A DNA stretch of 64,000 bases. It comes from Eledone cirrhosa (lineage: Eukaryota). Of the stretch, positions 51,016 through 64,000 are shown piece by piece (position 1 is the first letter of the stretch; each line of letters opens with the position of its first letter). A program made the translations under genes and the position numbers. Below the pieces are notes generated by a model. That model had not been told where the DNA came from. It saw only the letters and a list, made by a program, of their open reading frames with translations, and did no database searches. The DNA lies in the NCBI GenBank assembly GCA_964016885.1, contig OZ024742.1, positions 88,598,001 through 88,662,000 on the forward strand. Direction: 5' to 3'.

Positions 51016-51158
51016 ACTTATATCATGACTCTGTTTTTCTTTTAATGTTTTATTATTTTCTGAGATTTATCTTAACCTACAACATTTTCAACATATGGAT
51101 TACATCGATTTCTTCATGCAGAATAGACCCCACAACTTACAGTGGATACCTCTGTATG

Positions 51159-51223
<65 letters not shown>

Positions 51224-52089
51224 ATTAGTGCGGTAGTGGATCGACCGCAACCCACGCTGGTTTCCGCTACAACCACTGCCTGAGTTGGTGGTCGATCCAT
51301 TATCGCAATAATAAACACGTTCTTCGCCATAACATATATCGAGTACTACACTGCTTTGTGGTCATCCCTGTTTCCGTACCTCAGACAATCAATCAATCAA
51401 TCAATATATATATATATTTATAATAATAATAATACTATTTATAGTTATATATACAATGTATACAACTATAAACAGGAAAGTTCAGTAACTCATTACCACC
51501 TTATTACCAGTAAGAAAAATCGCTCAATGTAAATACATCAGATGCTTCAGAGAGCAGGAATGTAAATACAGAAACAATTATCACACTACATCCACCATAA
51601 ACTCATAATTTTAATACACAAACATCTTTCCCTGCTTGGTATGCTTGTAAACCTATGTTATTTTATGTGATACCTTTGTCATACAGTAATTATATATGCC
51701 TACTAACGTTGCTTGTTTCCTAACTAGCTGTCCTGTATATGCCTAACGCATTTGCACTCTCTATACGCATGCATATGTACTGCTAGTGTCCTCGTTTTTC
51801 GAGTAACTTTCTGCCTTAATGCCTCTTTAATTATTATACTATTCCCTAGTAATCTATGTCACATCCATTCCACTCTGTAAATACGAAACTGTTGATGACA
51901 ACATTAATATCCGTGTGCCTATATGATTGTTTAGTTGAATAGGAAGTTAATTATATGTCCAAACTGTGATATTGCTCCGTTGAGCTCAAACGAACGTTTG
52001 GAAGAATATATATATATTAAAATACAAGATTAAAGTTTAAGAAAGAATCTCTGCTTTCACCCTTAATTAGTCTTCAAATTTATTATTAT

Positions 52090-52137
<48 letters not shown>

Positions 52138-52203
52138 GTGTGTGTGTGTATGTAAAAGGTAAACATAATCTGTACAGTATATGGAAGGGATTATATATGT
52201 ATA

Positions 52204-52235
<32 letters not shown>

Positions 52236-54229
52236 TGTGTATGTGTGTGTGTGCATGTGTGTGTGCGGGGGGTGGGGGCTTGTGTGTATGGGAGTCAAAT
52301 ACATTTGTTATACGGAGTAACTAAGCAATTTTTTGTAAAATTGTTTACAATGTTTCATGATGTTAGAATAGATATCTGGTTGCGATTCGTGTCATACATA
52401 TCTTTGCTTTCCAAAGAAAAAATGTAACCATACAGAAACATGGTTTATATTCTGATTAAACAAAACGTTTTCTATCTAACATTCAAATAATTTGTTTTTT
52501 CGTTTTATTCATATTTATGTAAATTGTATTTTCTGAATTCAGAATAGTCAAAAGAATATTTGCTGAGATATCTTACACGGATCGGTAGCGATATTCGATA
52601 GAAAATTTTATCTTAAACGAGTATAGTTAAAACTATCCTCATTCTATATCCATTTTATCAACGCATCGCTTTTTTCTCCCCCTCTCTAATTCAACCTCTC
52701 ATTTATACATCACTGCTCAAACACTCAATTTTCCTATTCATTCTGTTATTTCCTCATTTTCTTTGAGAATTGTCTGCTAGGGACTTATTCCTTTTCTGAA
52801 GTGAAGGTCTCATTGAGTGCACTCTCATGTCTATTCTCATTGAGCTCAAACATGATTCTAAGAGTAAAGGGATGTGGGTGAGATTACAGTGCGTGTTTCA
52901 ACGGTAGAATGTTGAAGGACACTACTGACTTTTTTCGAAATTCCAAGACAGTGCGTAGAGTGCTAGAAAAATATAGGTATCCGTTTTGTCCGATGCTCTA
53001 ACGATTCTGCCTATTCAGTAATTTTCTTTGAATTAATTATTTTACTTACACCTCGCATTTCCTTTAGCCGTGATCGTCAGTATTTCAAGTACATTTATAT
53101 TATATTGTATTTTAGTTTAGTTTTACATTCAGGTGAGATGTATTTTTATGTTATGTCCAAAATACCATTTCAATTTAATATATTAAAATCGTTCTTGTTG
53201 TTTTATCTGCCAATTCCTTGCTATTCTGTTTGAGGACGTTAGCATCTTTTGTTTCAAGATAGTCAGCTTCATATTAATGTTTCAGCTTTTCACACAAAAT
53301 ATAAAGTAATAATATATGCAACTGAATACAAAGTAGTTTCCAAGAACTAGCATAGATTCACCCATTGATTTCTATTTTTAATGATTCGTTTTTATAGAAC
53401 TATTTTTTTATTATTTTAAATTGTTTTTGATATTCTATTTTATTTCAATTTACTTTTACTTACTTGCGTTTCTAGCCCTTTCCATTTTTTCTTTTGATTT
53501 CAGCATTGATAATGTGATCAGGTGTGAAAATCCCGAAATAATGTTTAAAATCTGCGTTTGAATTTATAATTATGAAGATGCTATTTTCCTTTTATTCATC
53601 AATAGATAACAACCAAATATTACATGAGTAAAGTTCACATTGTGGAGTGTCTTCTTATGTTGGCATTCATGTTCTCTTTGTTGTTATTTGCCCATTTCAT
53701 ACATCAATAAAATAACCATCATATTCAAATAGAAAAATATGCGTGTGAGTGAGCATACCATCATGTCTGTAAATATATATTTATGTGTCTGTAGGTTATT
53801 TTTGGTCTCTGTGTGTGCGTGTGTGTCTGTGGCCGATGAAACTCTTTCGTTCATACTACCATATCACAACACGGACAACACTTATCACTGTTACCAACAA
53901 CAACATCATAGGCAATAAGTCAAGCTATTCAAAAGGAGACTGTACGTACTGTTTTGACGTGATGGAAAGAGCAGTCTAGTCTCCTTAAAATGTAATGTAA
54001 GCCAGGTCCTACTATATCAAGTAGTCCTAAATGGCACTATATGTGACAAGATAGTCACAACCAAAATTACCATTGAAGAGTTAAATCAACAAAATTATCT
54101 TTACATCTAATAAATGTCGCCAGTAATTTTTCAATAAACGAAACAGACGATCGTTAAAATAGTTTAAGGGCATGTTTCAACACCTCCTATTATTCACGTA
54201 TACCACTTTATAAAAACACTTGTGTCTCC

Positions 54230-54320
54230 CTTCTTCTTCTTCTTCTTCTTCTTCTTCTTCTTCTTCTTCTTCTTCTTCTTCTTCTTCTTCTTCTTCTTCT
54301 TCTTCTTCTTCTTCTTCTTC
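54230..54320. repeat. (TTC)n microsatellite
   Basis: Directly visible. Confidence 0.95.
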
Positions 54321-56724
54321 ACCTTCCCTTATAATCGTTTTCGTTTACTTATTTAATTCTATTTCTCACATGTTCTTCTATTTCTATATTAAGATCACAA
54401 CAAACACTGACACAACCGAAACAATACAAACAAAACCATAACCACCATAGACACGCAACAAATAAAACCGCAACAACAAAATATACAAAACTTCGTGCTT
54501 GTCAAAAGGGCCAAGAAGGCCCTCGTAGCACGAAGTAAAGAAATCCAAACAGAAGGGAGGTTTTTTTGTGACTCAAAACGAGTCGTTAAAGGTAAAATGT
54601 CGCGTTTTTATTTCGGCGATGAAACAAGCCAGCTGAAGCCGGAGAACCACATAGCCCTTTTTTCCAGCACCAAGGCACCGAAAGCCACAACACTGATAGC
54701 GAATAGCAATAATAACAGCATCAAGCTGGGTAGCAGCATTAACATCAACAACAAAACCAACAATTGCAGCAGCACTAGCAACACCACCAGCAACAGCAAC
54801 ATCGAAATCACCACAAACAACAGCAACAGCAGCTCAGCTCAAACACAACCACCAACAGCAGGAAGGAAAACAACAATACTGACAGCGTGAAAAACATCCA
54901 GTGGGATTCCTAACGAAGTTTACACTCTTCATTTTTGTCTCCGTCTCCTCTAAACCCAAAGACACAGCACAATCACAAACACTATTCCACCCTTAAATGA
55001 GATATATTCTAAAAACACCCGTACCTGCCAATCTCGAAGATTAATTGAGAGAAAAAACCCGAAACCGAAGAAACGAAAATACGCAAAAACGCCATATTGC
55101 TTCTGACCAACACACTCAAACTAAAGTAGAGAAGACACACCCAAAACAAATACATCCACAACAAAGCCAACCAAAGCTGGTAAAACAAAACCAACGCTTC
55201 CACCACCAACATTGACGCCACCATAAATACCCAACATCAGAAAACACACAAAACAAAAGTAATCAAACAGGCAGACAGCAAACTTCATGCAAGTGAGGAG
55301 GGCCACATATGAAATGATGGCCTTCAAGAAAAACTAATGAGATATGCTGCGGCTCTAGCCCATTTATTGTCCCACAAACTTTAATGACGATATGCATGTC
55401 TCTTGAGACACGGGTACCCCTAGTGTATAAGCAACAGTGTTTCCCAAAGTCTGGGTTGTGTGGCGCAAACATTCGGTATCTGTTACTTCTTCATAGGCTG
55501 GATAGCATCGGACCGATTGTCAGAGCAGTTGGCCACCTATCAAAATCGCTTCAATTCACGTGCTCAGTCTGTCACCGATGTAATTTCTCCCCCTTCGGTA
55601 TGTGCTGCACGGTGGATAGAAAGGCGAACGATGTAACAAGTTAAGTGGTCATTCTTACCCAGAAATGGATCGCGGGTTCGATAGGAAGCTGTCCCACGCG
55701 TACATCAACTCTGTCATCTATACCACCTGGCGATCGTGCATTGATCCTGTTCGCACCTCACAAGTGTTCAGCGCCTGATCTTTCACTTCTGGAAGAGACA
55801 GCTTCCACAGATCAGACGGATATCTACTGCCATCGGCCTCTTCGTTGAGGGCTGTGTATGCCATGGCTAATTAAGCATGAATATGTGAATTAGCCAGCCT
55901 CTTCCGGAAGATTTCTGTCCGGGACCAATGGATATTTTCCAGAAATCATTGGTTTGGAATTGAATTGTGGAGGTTTATCAGACAACTATTGTCACGTATA
56001 GGACGAATCAGATTCTGGACCGAATCCATCCAGAAGATCACTAGATCATCTTCTTTCGTAGGAGAGAAGTAGCTTTTCTCTGCGAGATTATTCTGGCGAA
56101 AGAAGTTGTGTAGTGAATGTGACTGAAAATATAGACACTTTCCTCTTCGACCAACCTTCTTTAACTTTTCTCAAGTTCCCCTTGGAATGGAAGCTGAGAG
56201 TGGAGAGGGAAGAGCTGGCCCACTCAGTACATTTTTTAAAATATGGCTGAATGCAGGGAGGATGGCCTGATTGAATATGTCTACACTAAGGCTGCGCCTG
56301 TAGTCTGGAGTGTTCAGAAGGCAGAAGGGGACTTTCCACGTGTGCTTTTGGTAATCATGGTGGTTTCGGATCTGTGGGGTTCCTACACCATACCTTGGTG
56401 GTACTACCCCTTATTGGGGATTGCCTTGTTTGTATTTTATTGTTAATTGTTGCTTCTTTTATGTTTACCAGTTTTTTTATTAATAGTTGTAAACCCCTAC
56501 TAGCTCTGTTGTTTTAATTGTCCTCTGTATTTCGTCCAGAGTAGCCAATGAAGAAATAATAGTTATTATTATCAGCATGCCCCGTCGTTGCTCGGATTTG
56601 CTCTTATATATTGTTCTTATATATTGTATATATATTTATCCTTATCTAGCCTCGTGAAAAATATACCTTTGTTTATATTTTGTTATTGTGTAAGCAAAAA
56701 TAGTTATTATTATTAGTTATGTTA

Positions 56725-57275
56725 GCAGGGTGGTGGATTGGTAGTATCGGTAGAGAGTCGAACACAATGTTTTGCAGCATAGAGTTACAGCCCTTTAGGG
56801 TCTGAGTTCAAATCCCGCTGAGGTTAACTTTGCCTTTCATCCTTACGGGTTCGATAAAATAAAGTACCAGTAACGTACTGGGGTCGATTTAATCGACCTT
56901 CTCCTACCCCCAAATTACTGGCCTTGTGCCTATACTAGAAATCATTATTAGTTATATTGGTTTGACGTATAGAGTTACGGCCCTTGCCATTCTGAGTTCA
57001 AATCCCGCCGAGGTTAACTTTGCCTTTCATCCTTACGGGGTCGATAAAATAAAGTACCAGTAATGTACTGGGTAATTGCTGGCCTTGTGCCTAAAGTAGA
57101 GACAATTATTAGTTATGTTAGTATGGGAGATTGACAGATTGAATTCGGGTCCGGACCTTCTGATATCAAATTCGCCTTTCATACACCGGACGTAATATAA
57201 AGTTACACTCTAGTACTGGAGTAGATTTCTTTGACATTCCCACCACCTGGAAATTGCTGGTCTTGAGCCAAAATT
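56725..57275 (+). mobile_element. Three tandem copies of the tRNA-derived SINE (56725-56935, 56968-57097, diverged 57120-57275)
   Basis: Repeated CTGAGTTCAAATCCCGC.GAGGTTAACTTTGCCTTTCATCCTTACGGG.TCGATAAAATAAAGTACCAGTAA..TGGCCTTGTGCC. Confidence 0.85.
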
Positions 57276-57837
57276 AACAACAGTGTTATTATTTCATTTC
57301 CTCTTTTCGTTTTCTATCCTATTCTTTCCGCTTTTTTCATTTAATTCATTTTGTCTTGTTTATTGTTCCTTATTGTTCTTCCGTTTCTAGCGCTGTATTG
57401 TCTCTTTTTACGTAACTTTCTCTACAATTCCCTTTGTTTATTCGTATCATTATTCTGAATTTTCTACTTCTCTCCACATCTTTTAACTCTCCTCTTTACT
57501 TTTTTTCTGTTCATGTCTAATTCTTTTATTAGTATTAGTACTTCTATCATTTACTGTCTCGATGGAATTATTGTGTTTGTCTGTTTCACTCTTATCTTCA
57601 GGCACAGTTCAACAAACATTTCTCTTCACAGTTTTTAATTAAATTTCCTCGTTTGTGTCAGATTTTCGTCTTCGATTTTGTTTTCCTTCATTCTTTCCCT
57701 TCATATTTTTTTTTCTAAATTTCGTTATCGCTTCCAATGTCATCACCTAATTATGTCCCTCCTATCTTCGTGTATATCTATATATCAAACATGATATATT
57801 TAGATAGATTTATCCTACTTTATGGAACATTTTATAG

Positions 57838-57887
<50 letters not shown>

Positions 57888-59399
57888 GCTTATAATTCCC
57901 CTCACTGTCTCTATAGGATAATTCTTTGCTATTTCTAAGGCAGTATTTTCTCTTCCCCTCCCCCTCCATATGCATCTCCCCTTCACTGTTCCTCTCTCGC
58001 GCTCATGCTTGTTTATTTGTTTTGCTCTTCCTAACATTTATCAGCTCACACAGTATTTTCAAACATTTCATCCAGTTCTCCTTTTATATTTTCGATATTT
58101 ACTCTCGTTTTCCTCACAAATCAATTTCTCGCTTCATCTCTATCTTCCTCCCTCACACACCCTCGATGAATTAACTCTTTCTCATCCTTTTGGGTTTCTT
58201 CTAAGAGAAGTATGTGTGAATTCCAATGTCATTTTACCCTCAATGTGTTATATTTTCAAACGATACATTTTGTTCACTATATATATATGCTTATATTTAT
58301 ATATATATGCTTATTTTTTCTGTGTCTATACATTCCTGCTTTACATAAAGAAAAGCACACATATCCAAATACTATTTCTTAAGTTGGACGCGTATGTTTT
58401 ATTTTCCTCATTGGCTCGTCTATGATCTATCTCACAATTTCTTATCTTAATTGACACGTCAATGTGTTTGCGAATTAATACTGTCTTCTAAATAAATCAT
58501 TAAAACATCAATACAACTAAGATACTATGTACCAGTGAACCTCCTAACAAATTAATTAAATTTAATTATGTTAAATATAAAGACATCAACAGTGTCATGA
58601 TTAGGAAAATGATTTCGTTTCAAGGAGGACTTTTTACTATCGGTACAAAATAAAATCGAAAAACCAAAATCCAATCAATCTATTGAAATGACGCACTAAT
58701 AGAGTCTACAAATATATTTACCTACTCAAGATATTTGGAAATAGCAGATGATTTCCTTAAGACAAAATGGCAGCAACTTTGGATGTAAGTGAATTATTTT
58801 AAATTGTGAAGAAATAATAACGTGTGCACACAACAAATCACACATAGAAACTTACACACGCTTGAAAACGCACACACTATCGACAAAAATTAATATCTAA
58901 CAATTAGCTTTCTTTTATTTTGTTTTATTGTAATAGGATTTTTGCCTGATAAATGATTGAGTTAAATGTTTTATGATTATACAATCTTCCTTGATTTTCA
59001 TATTACATAATATATTCCGAAATAAATGTAAAATGATATTTCAAATCTAACGTAGAGACTCTTCAGTAAATATGATTATGTTGTATTATAAGATACAATA
59101 TAAATTTGTTTTGATTGAACTGACACTTCATGACAAGCATTCCCGTTATGACCAGCAGATGTAATTGCATACGCTGAAAAATTTAACAAGTGATTTAAAA
59201 ACGAAATTATTAAGGTATTGGAAGATATGTACTACATACTAGAGCTGTTGCTCTTCTTTAACGTTAAATCGACCGTGAAATTAGCAGCGCTTGAGACTGT
59301 TGTGGTGCTGCAATGTACCTTATTTGTCTTTGATTTCTAGCAGTTCGAGAGAGCGTTCAAACACTGTTATCTGCCTCTGCCAGTATCAGTATTTTTACG

Positions 59400-61300
59400 T
59401 GTAACTTGGTCTGATCCACCGGTTGTAACAGTGCATGCGCTTAAGAATATGTGTTTATATGTCAAATGTGGGTCGGGGGTTGTATGTCTGTGAGAGTGGT
59501 GTGCATAATATGTATGTGAAAATTAAACAATGTATGTGTTTTGGCCTTTATATTAAGCGTATTGTATATAATTTGAGTTGTTTCCTATTTCTATCAGACA
59601 AACCTACAAAATAACGTGTCCCCTTAGATCTGAAGCACCATGACCTACTGGCTGGAAATATGGTTACAACGTGGGGTATTCCTTATTGATCGTAGGTGGT
59701 GCAACGTAAACTTTATATGTCAGTGAAAGTGTATATCCCTTAGTGAAATACAGAAAGAGGAATAGCATTTCTTCACGATAGACTTCGCATGTTCTTGACA
59801 GTGTTATGTAACATTGCTTCTACAGTAATTTGGTAAACTTTCAGAAAGAGACCGCAACATATTGTATGCAGTAATCAATCACCCACGCTGGCTGTTTTCA
59901 TCAGGTACCCTAGTGTTTAAATGATACACTTCTTCCTCACATCCAGAGGCTGATTCGCGATCTGGATTATCAAGAATTTATTTTCTGGCGGAGAGGCCGA
60001 TAGCTGTAGACACATTTGAAAGTACCTGTAATTTCCTGTATATATCTCCGGTATATATCTCATAGATGAGTCTCTAGAGCTTAACTATCAGCGAATGGTA
60101 ACTGACAGATACACATATCAAGGGATTTTCTTGAGTGCCGTAGCCAAATTATGAGCGAATACACAATATTTCTTCACCTAATGGGCCACAGACAGAAAGG
60201 TTACGTTATTGCTCTCATGTGTCCCTATAGTATACATTAAATCGTGGCATTTTGTAGCTATATTCAAATGTTTGTCCGGGCAATCTTTCTTCTCATAATG
60301 TCAAATGACTGTAAATCCTTGAATACGACAAAACGCGAGACTCATGGTTAAATAGCCTTTTCCTGCATCTATCATAAGGTAACAAGTATATCATGGATAT
60401 TTTTAGAGGCATGTGCTCCGCGTTAGCTGTCAAGAAGGATTCGCTCGGATATTTTTGATAGTTACATAATCAATATATTGTCTATAATATTCCCCGTGAT
60501 TGTCATAAGGGAAACCTCGCTAAATTGCACAATCCTGTTGCTCAGACTTCCGTTTGTATTTAGTAATTAGGTCAACATCTTTGAACAGTTGCATGAAGTT
60601 ACCGCTTTCCAAACCTTTTGTACATAATTAAAGGAGAGTACGGCGCTATTCCATCCCATCGTACTTATTTGGCTCTATAGGAATGTTATCAACGCCAGCA
60701 GCGTTCTTCGTTTAATCGTGTGGATGGATTTTAAAATCTCCTCCATACATGGTGTTAGATCTAAAGTGACATCTTCTGGAAATTGTTAGATACATTTCAA
60801 AGCTTCTCGAAAAGTTGTAGAGGATCCATTTAACAGCTCACTAAAATGTTCCTGACAGCGTTTCATGAGCTGATACTGCGCTTTGTAGAAGTGCGAAGCA
60901 ACCTCTCCTATTATTAATGTGTTACTAACTTTCTGGCGTATGTATGTCCCACCATCTATCTTTCAATAGAAGCGGTTCTTATTGTAGCAAGGTATATTTG
61001 AATTGCTTGTTTAACATGTCATATAACTAGATCCTTATTTACGTATCATAGATATCAAGTGTTATATATGACACTATTCAGCACGCTTGCGTTTATGGAA
61101 TCCGATTGAAGCAGCAGCCGGTTTATAGATTGAATCTAAGACGCCGCTATTAATGAGTGCTTTATTTTAGTATTGGGTAGGTCTATCAAATATCCTTTTA
61201 AAGGAATATATGGTGGGTGGACACCATACAGCTAATATTGGTGAATAGATATTTAAAGATCACTGAAAGGTAGCAGGATCCTATTTTACTTTATCTTAAC
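59400..61300 (-). mobile_element. Heavily decayed RTE-like LINE, RT region
   Basis: Reverse-complement translation LMKRCQEHFSELLN (~60830-60870) and DNIPIE (~60680), plus degenerate downstream RT blocks. Confidence 0.5.
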
Positions 61301-61639
61301 GCTTCGTTAGGCTTATGATAATGTTTATTAGTACCTGTAGCTAATTTAAAGTTTACATCAAGACGTTGACATTGGTTAGATTAGTATCTACAGTTATTTT
61401 AAATCTTTAGTTCGTAAACCTGATTAATGGTTATTTCCGTCATCACTATAGAGACCGGTGGTAGGTTTAAGGAATTTTCCTTTGATTGTAAGAAGAGCAA
61501 AACGTCCAAATATATCGCGCACAGATGAATTAACATAGGATTTCATAGATATATCAAATGGATCCGCTATATTTGGATTTTTCACTCTTATAATTTCCTT
61601 AATAAATAGGAGGCTCTTTGTACAGTACGTAATGGCTCC

Positions 61640-61830
61640 TATCTCTTGGCCATTGAGGTAGATTTTATAAATAAAATTAAATATATAGCTAATACATATA
61701 AAAATAGGAAAGTAAATGTGATTTGGTTTACCACCCCCTACTCCATTGCAGTGATGAGGGAGATACGTAAAAAATTCTTAGAAGATATGTATAGGAACAT
61801 TTTCCTCAAGCAGTTGGAGAAGTTCAGCTA
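61640..61830 (+). mobile_element. Small Nematis-like PLE fragment
   Basis: RKVNVIWFTTPYSIAVMREIRKKFL resembles the RNVTWFNPP block at ~34950. Confidence 0.45.
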
Positions 61831-62211
61831 ATCCTGTGATACCTCCATGAAGATAAAACATAGAAATATAAATGACCTTCATATAAACCAGGCATGTTAA
61901 TGCAAGATAAAAGAAGAACGCCCTCTGCAATAAATATGTAACACCAAGTAGGTCTTAGGCATATATACGTACATATCAGATTACATCTAAACACAGTTAA
62001 ACGAAATAAGCTATACATATAAATTTCACATAAATAATGCATAAACGTTAACAATTACTATTATGAAATAACTGTACTATTTTCTGCTTTCTGTTACCAA
62101 TAATTATTGATTCACTAATTGATAGAATAGTGTCGGATTCACGATAGCAGGATTCAAATTTAAAACTTGCTATCGTGAACTTGCTATAACATTGTTAAAT
62201 CAGATACATTA

Positions 62212-62385
62212 TGGTTTGGCAGTATCGGTAGAGGGTCGGACGCCATGCTTTTCAGCATAGTTACCTCCCTTTACGGTCTGAGTTCAAATCCCGCCGAGGT
62301 TAACTTTGCATTTCATCCTTACGGGATCGATAAAATAAAGTACCAGTAATGTACTGGGTAATTTGATGGATCTGTGCCAAAAGTG
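62212..62385 (+). mobile_element. tRNA-derived SINE, same family as 56725-56935
   Basis: TGGCAGTATCGGTAGAGGGTCGGACGCCATGC..CTGAGTTCAAATCCCGCCGAGGTTAACTTTG..GATAAAATAAAGTACCAG. Confidence 0.85.
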
Positions 62386-63489
62386 GAACCAATTATGGTT
62401 TTAAGAGAATGATCATGTATTTAATTCCATGTTAGTCTGGAACGAACCCATCCCTGATTAAAAGCATTCAAGATCTAACTATCCATGCTAATAATTTGCG
62501 TCATGTGATATTATTCCACGTATCACTCTTTTAAAAGCACTGAGTTCTATTTTTGTCATATTAAGCACACTTGTAGCCATTCTTTCAATGATTAACTTTC
62601 CACCAACATATACATGCCAGCTGATCGTAACGTGATATTGTAGCATATTTCGGGATAACGGTTAACATTTTACATATTTGTTTTGAGGAATACAGAGAAA
62701 CAATTAAGTATTAACTCAAATTATATTCCGGAGTCATGTCAGATATTGTTTTGAAGATAATTGGTGGGTTTATTTAAATTAACTATCTTCATGTGAAAGC
62801 TTAAGAGAGCAACATATGTTTTTCTATACAAACACTTACATTAACGTAACAATTTCATCATAAAAATAGAGTTAATTTACGCACCATGTCAAGATAGATG
62901 ATTTTTATTGAAGAAAGGCTGTGTGCATCAAATGAAAAATGCGAATTATAAAAGGCTAACGCTTCCAGAAAAGCATATAATTTTTTATTATGTAGAATAT
63001 ACGTTTGTTTTGTAGACCTTCATGAACCATATGATTCCGTATCAGGGGATCGTGTGTGGAATCTTTTGGGGCAGTTTCCTGATGTCATATATCTATACGC
63101 ATGCCCTAGTATTTGTGTTAAAATGAATAATGTTAATTCAAAATCCATCAATGGGGGTATCGGACGCCACCACGCGTGCATACTGTACCTCAACATTTCA
63201 TAATTGTCCTGACAAGGACTGACAAGTGCAGCAAATGACATAGCATGTGTTGGATCTGCCGGCTGGCATTTTCAGACGTTAGGGTAATGCTTAACTCGTC
63301 GGAGGATCCCGGATATGCAATGCATAGTTTTGCTACCGAATGTTGCACGACAGGAACAGAAATGAGTGCTGAGAAGACTGAAACAATAACACTCTAAAGG
63401 AGATGGAAGGCAGGAGTCTGAACTATGCTTAGGAATTGCATGATCTGTTGCCGTAATGCGCCAACTCCAGCATTCTGTAATCAGAAGAA

Positions 63490-64000
63490 ATGAGGTGTGT
63501 GTAAAATCCAAACTCACTATCTTCAATTGGTTATTCGTACCAACCATTACCTATGGTCGTGAATCCTGGGCATTACGGAAAGACTACCAACCTGAATACA
63601 AGCAGCGCAATGGGATTCCCCCGAACTGGCTTTAGAGCAACCTTACTCGATAGAGTGCGTAGCTCGAAGATCAGAGTATCATTCCAGGTAAATGCAACCC
63701 CTCCCCACACCACCACCCCGAATTGAGAGATCACACCCACGATGCTAAGAATATTTGGTCACAATGTATCAAGAATGAACCACGGGAAACGCCAACTGGT
63801 AGGACTACATTTGTGTTTCCCGAGAAAAAAGGCTGAACAACATCCTAGAGCTCGGCTGCTCCCGTTTCAAATTGTTGCTTCTGTCAAGTCCAGTTGGAAA
63901 GCCTTCTTGGGGATTATGCCAACCGCATGTCACTCACAGGAATATATAGAAGAAGAAGAAGAAGAAGAAGAAGAAGAAGAAGAAGAAGAAGAAGAAGAAG
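63490..64000 (+). mobile_element. 3' end of a decayed RTE-clade LINE with a (GAA)n tail
   Basis: FVPTITYGRESWAL..IQAA..TLLDRVRSSKIR resembles the RTE C-terminus; (GAA)n from ~63949 to the window end. Confidence 0.65.

Noticed and set aside
54495-56560. Asn/Ser/Thr-rich ORF and adjacent coding-like sequence
   Set aside because: Stop-riddled with no recognisable motif; probably decayed retroelement pieces, not callable
56725-57275. CRISPR-like or other regular repeat array
   Set aside because: Tandem SINE copies in a eukaryotic context; no repeat-spacer structure

Overview
AT-rich, microsatellite-dense eukaryotic DNA with no confidently identifiable host gene. Its tRNA-derived SINE resembles octopod cephalopod SINEs (taxon is inference). 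The window is dominated by Penelope-like retroelements (PLEs; RT plus C-terminal GIY-YIG endonuclease) of about three lineages, nearly all abutting (TA)n tracts. (i) A Naiad-like element present as a ~6.6 kb inverted dimer (17.1-23.7 kb), with an older relative at 46.2-49.0 kb. (ii) An apparently intact, young Neptune-like element (26.0-32.3 kb) with 1.4 kb direct pseudo-LTRs. It has two overlapping ORFs joined by an in-frame U_UUU_UUA GGG slippery site, a candidate gag-pol-like -1 frameshift, and is the top finding. (iii) Two decayed Nematis-like elements with inverted pseudo-LTRs (34-36 kb, 43.7-46.1 kb). Each lineage carries a different hammerhead-ribozyme variant: a U3-A8 core, an extra nucleotide after A9, or a ~90-nt stem II. 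The rest is decayed LINEs (I-group with RNase H, R4/Dong-like, RTE), SINEs, fold-back repeats and microsatellites. Clade names come from motif recall, not phylogeny; boundaries of decayed elements are approximate.
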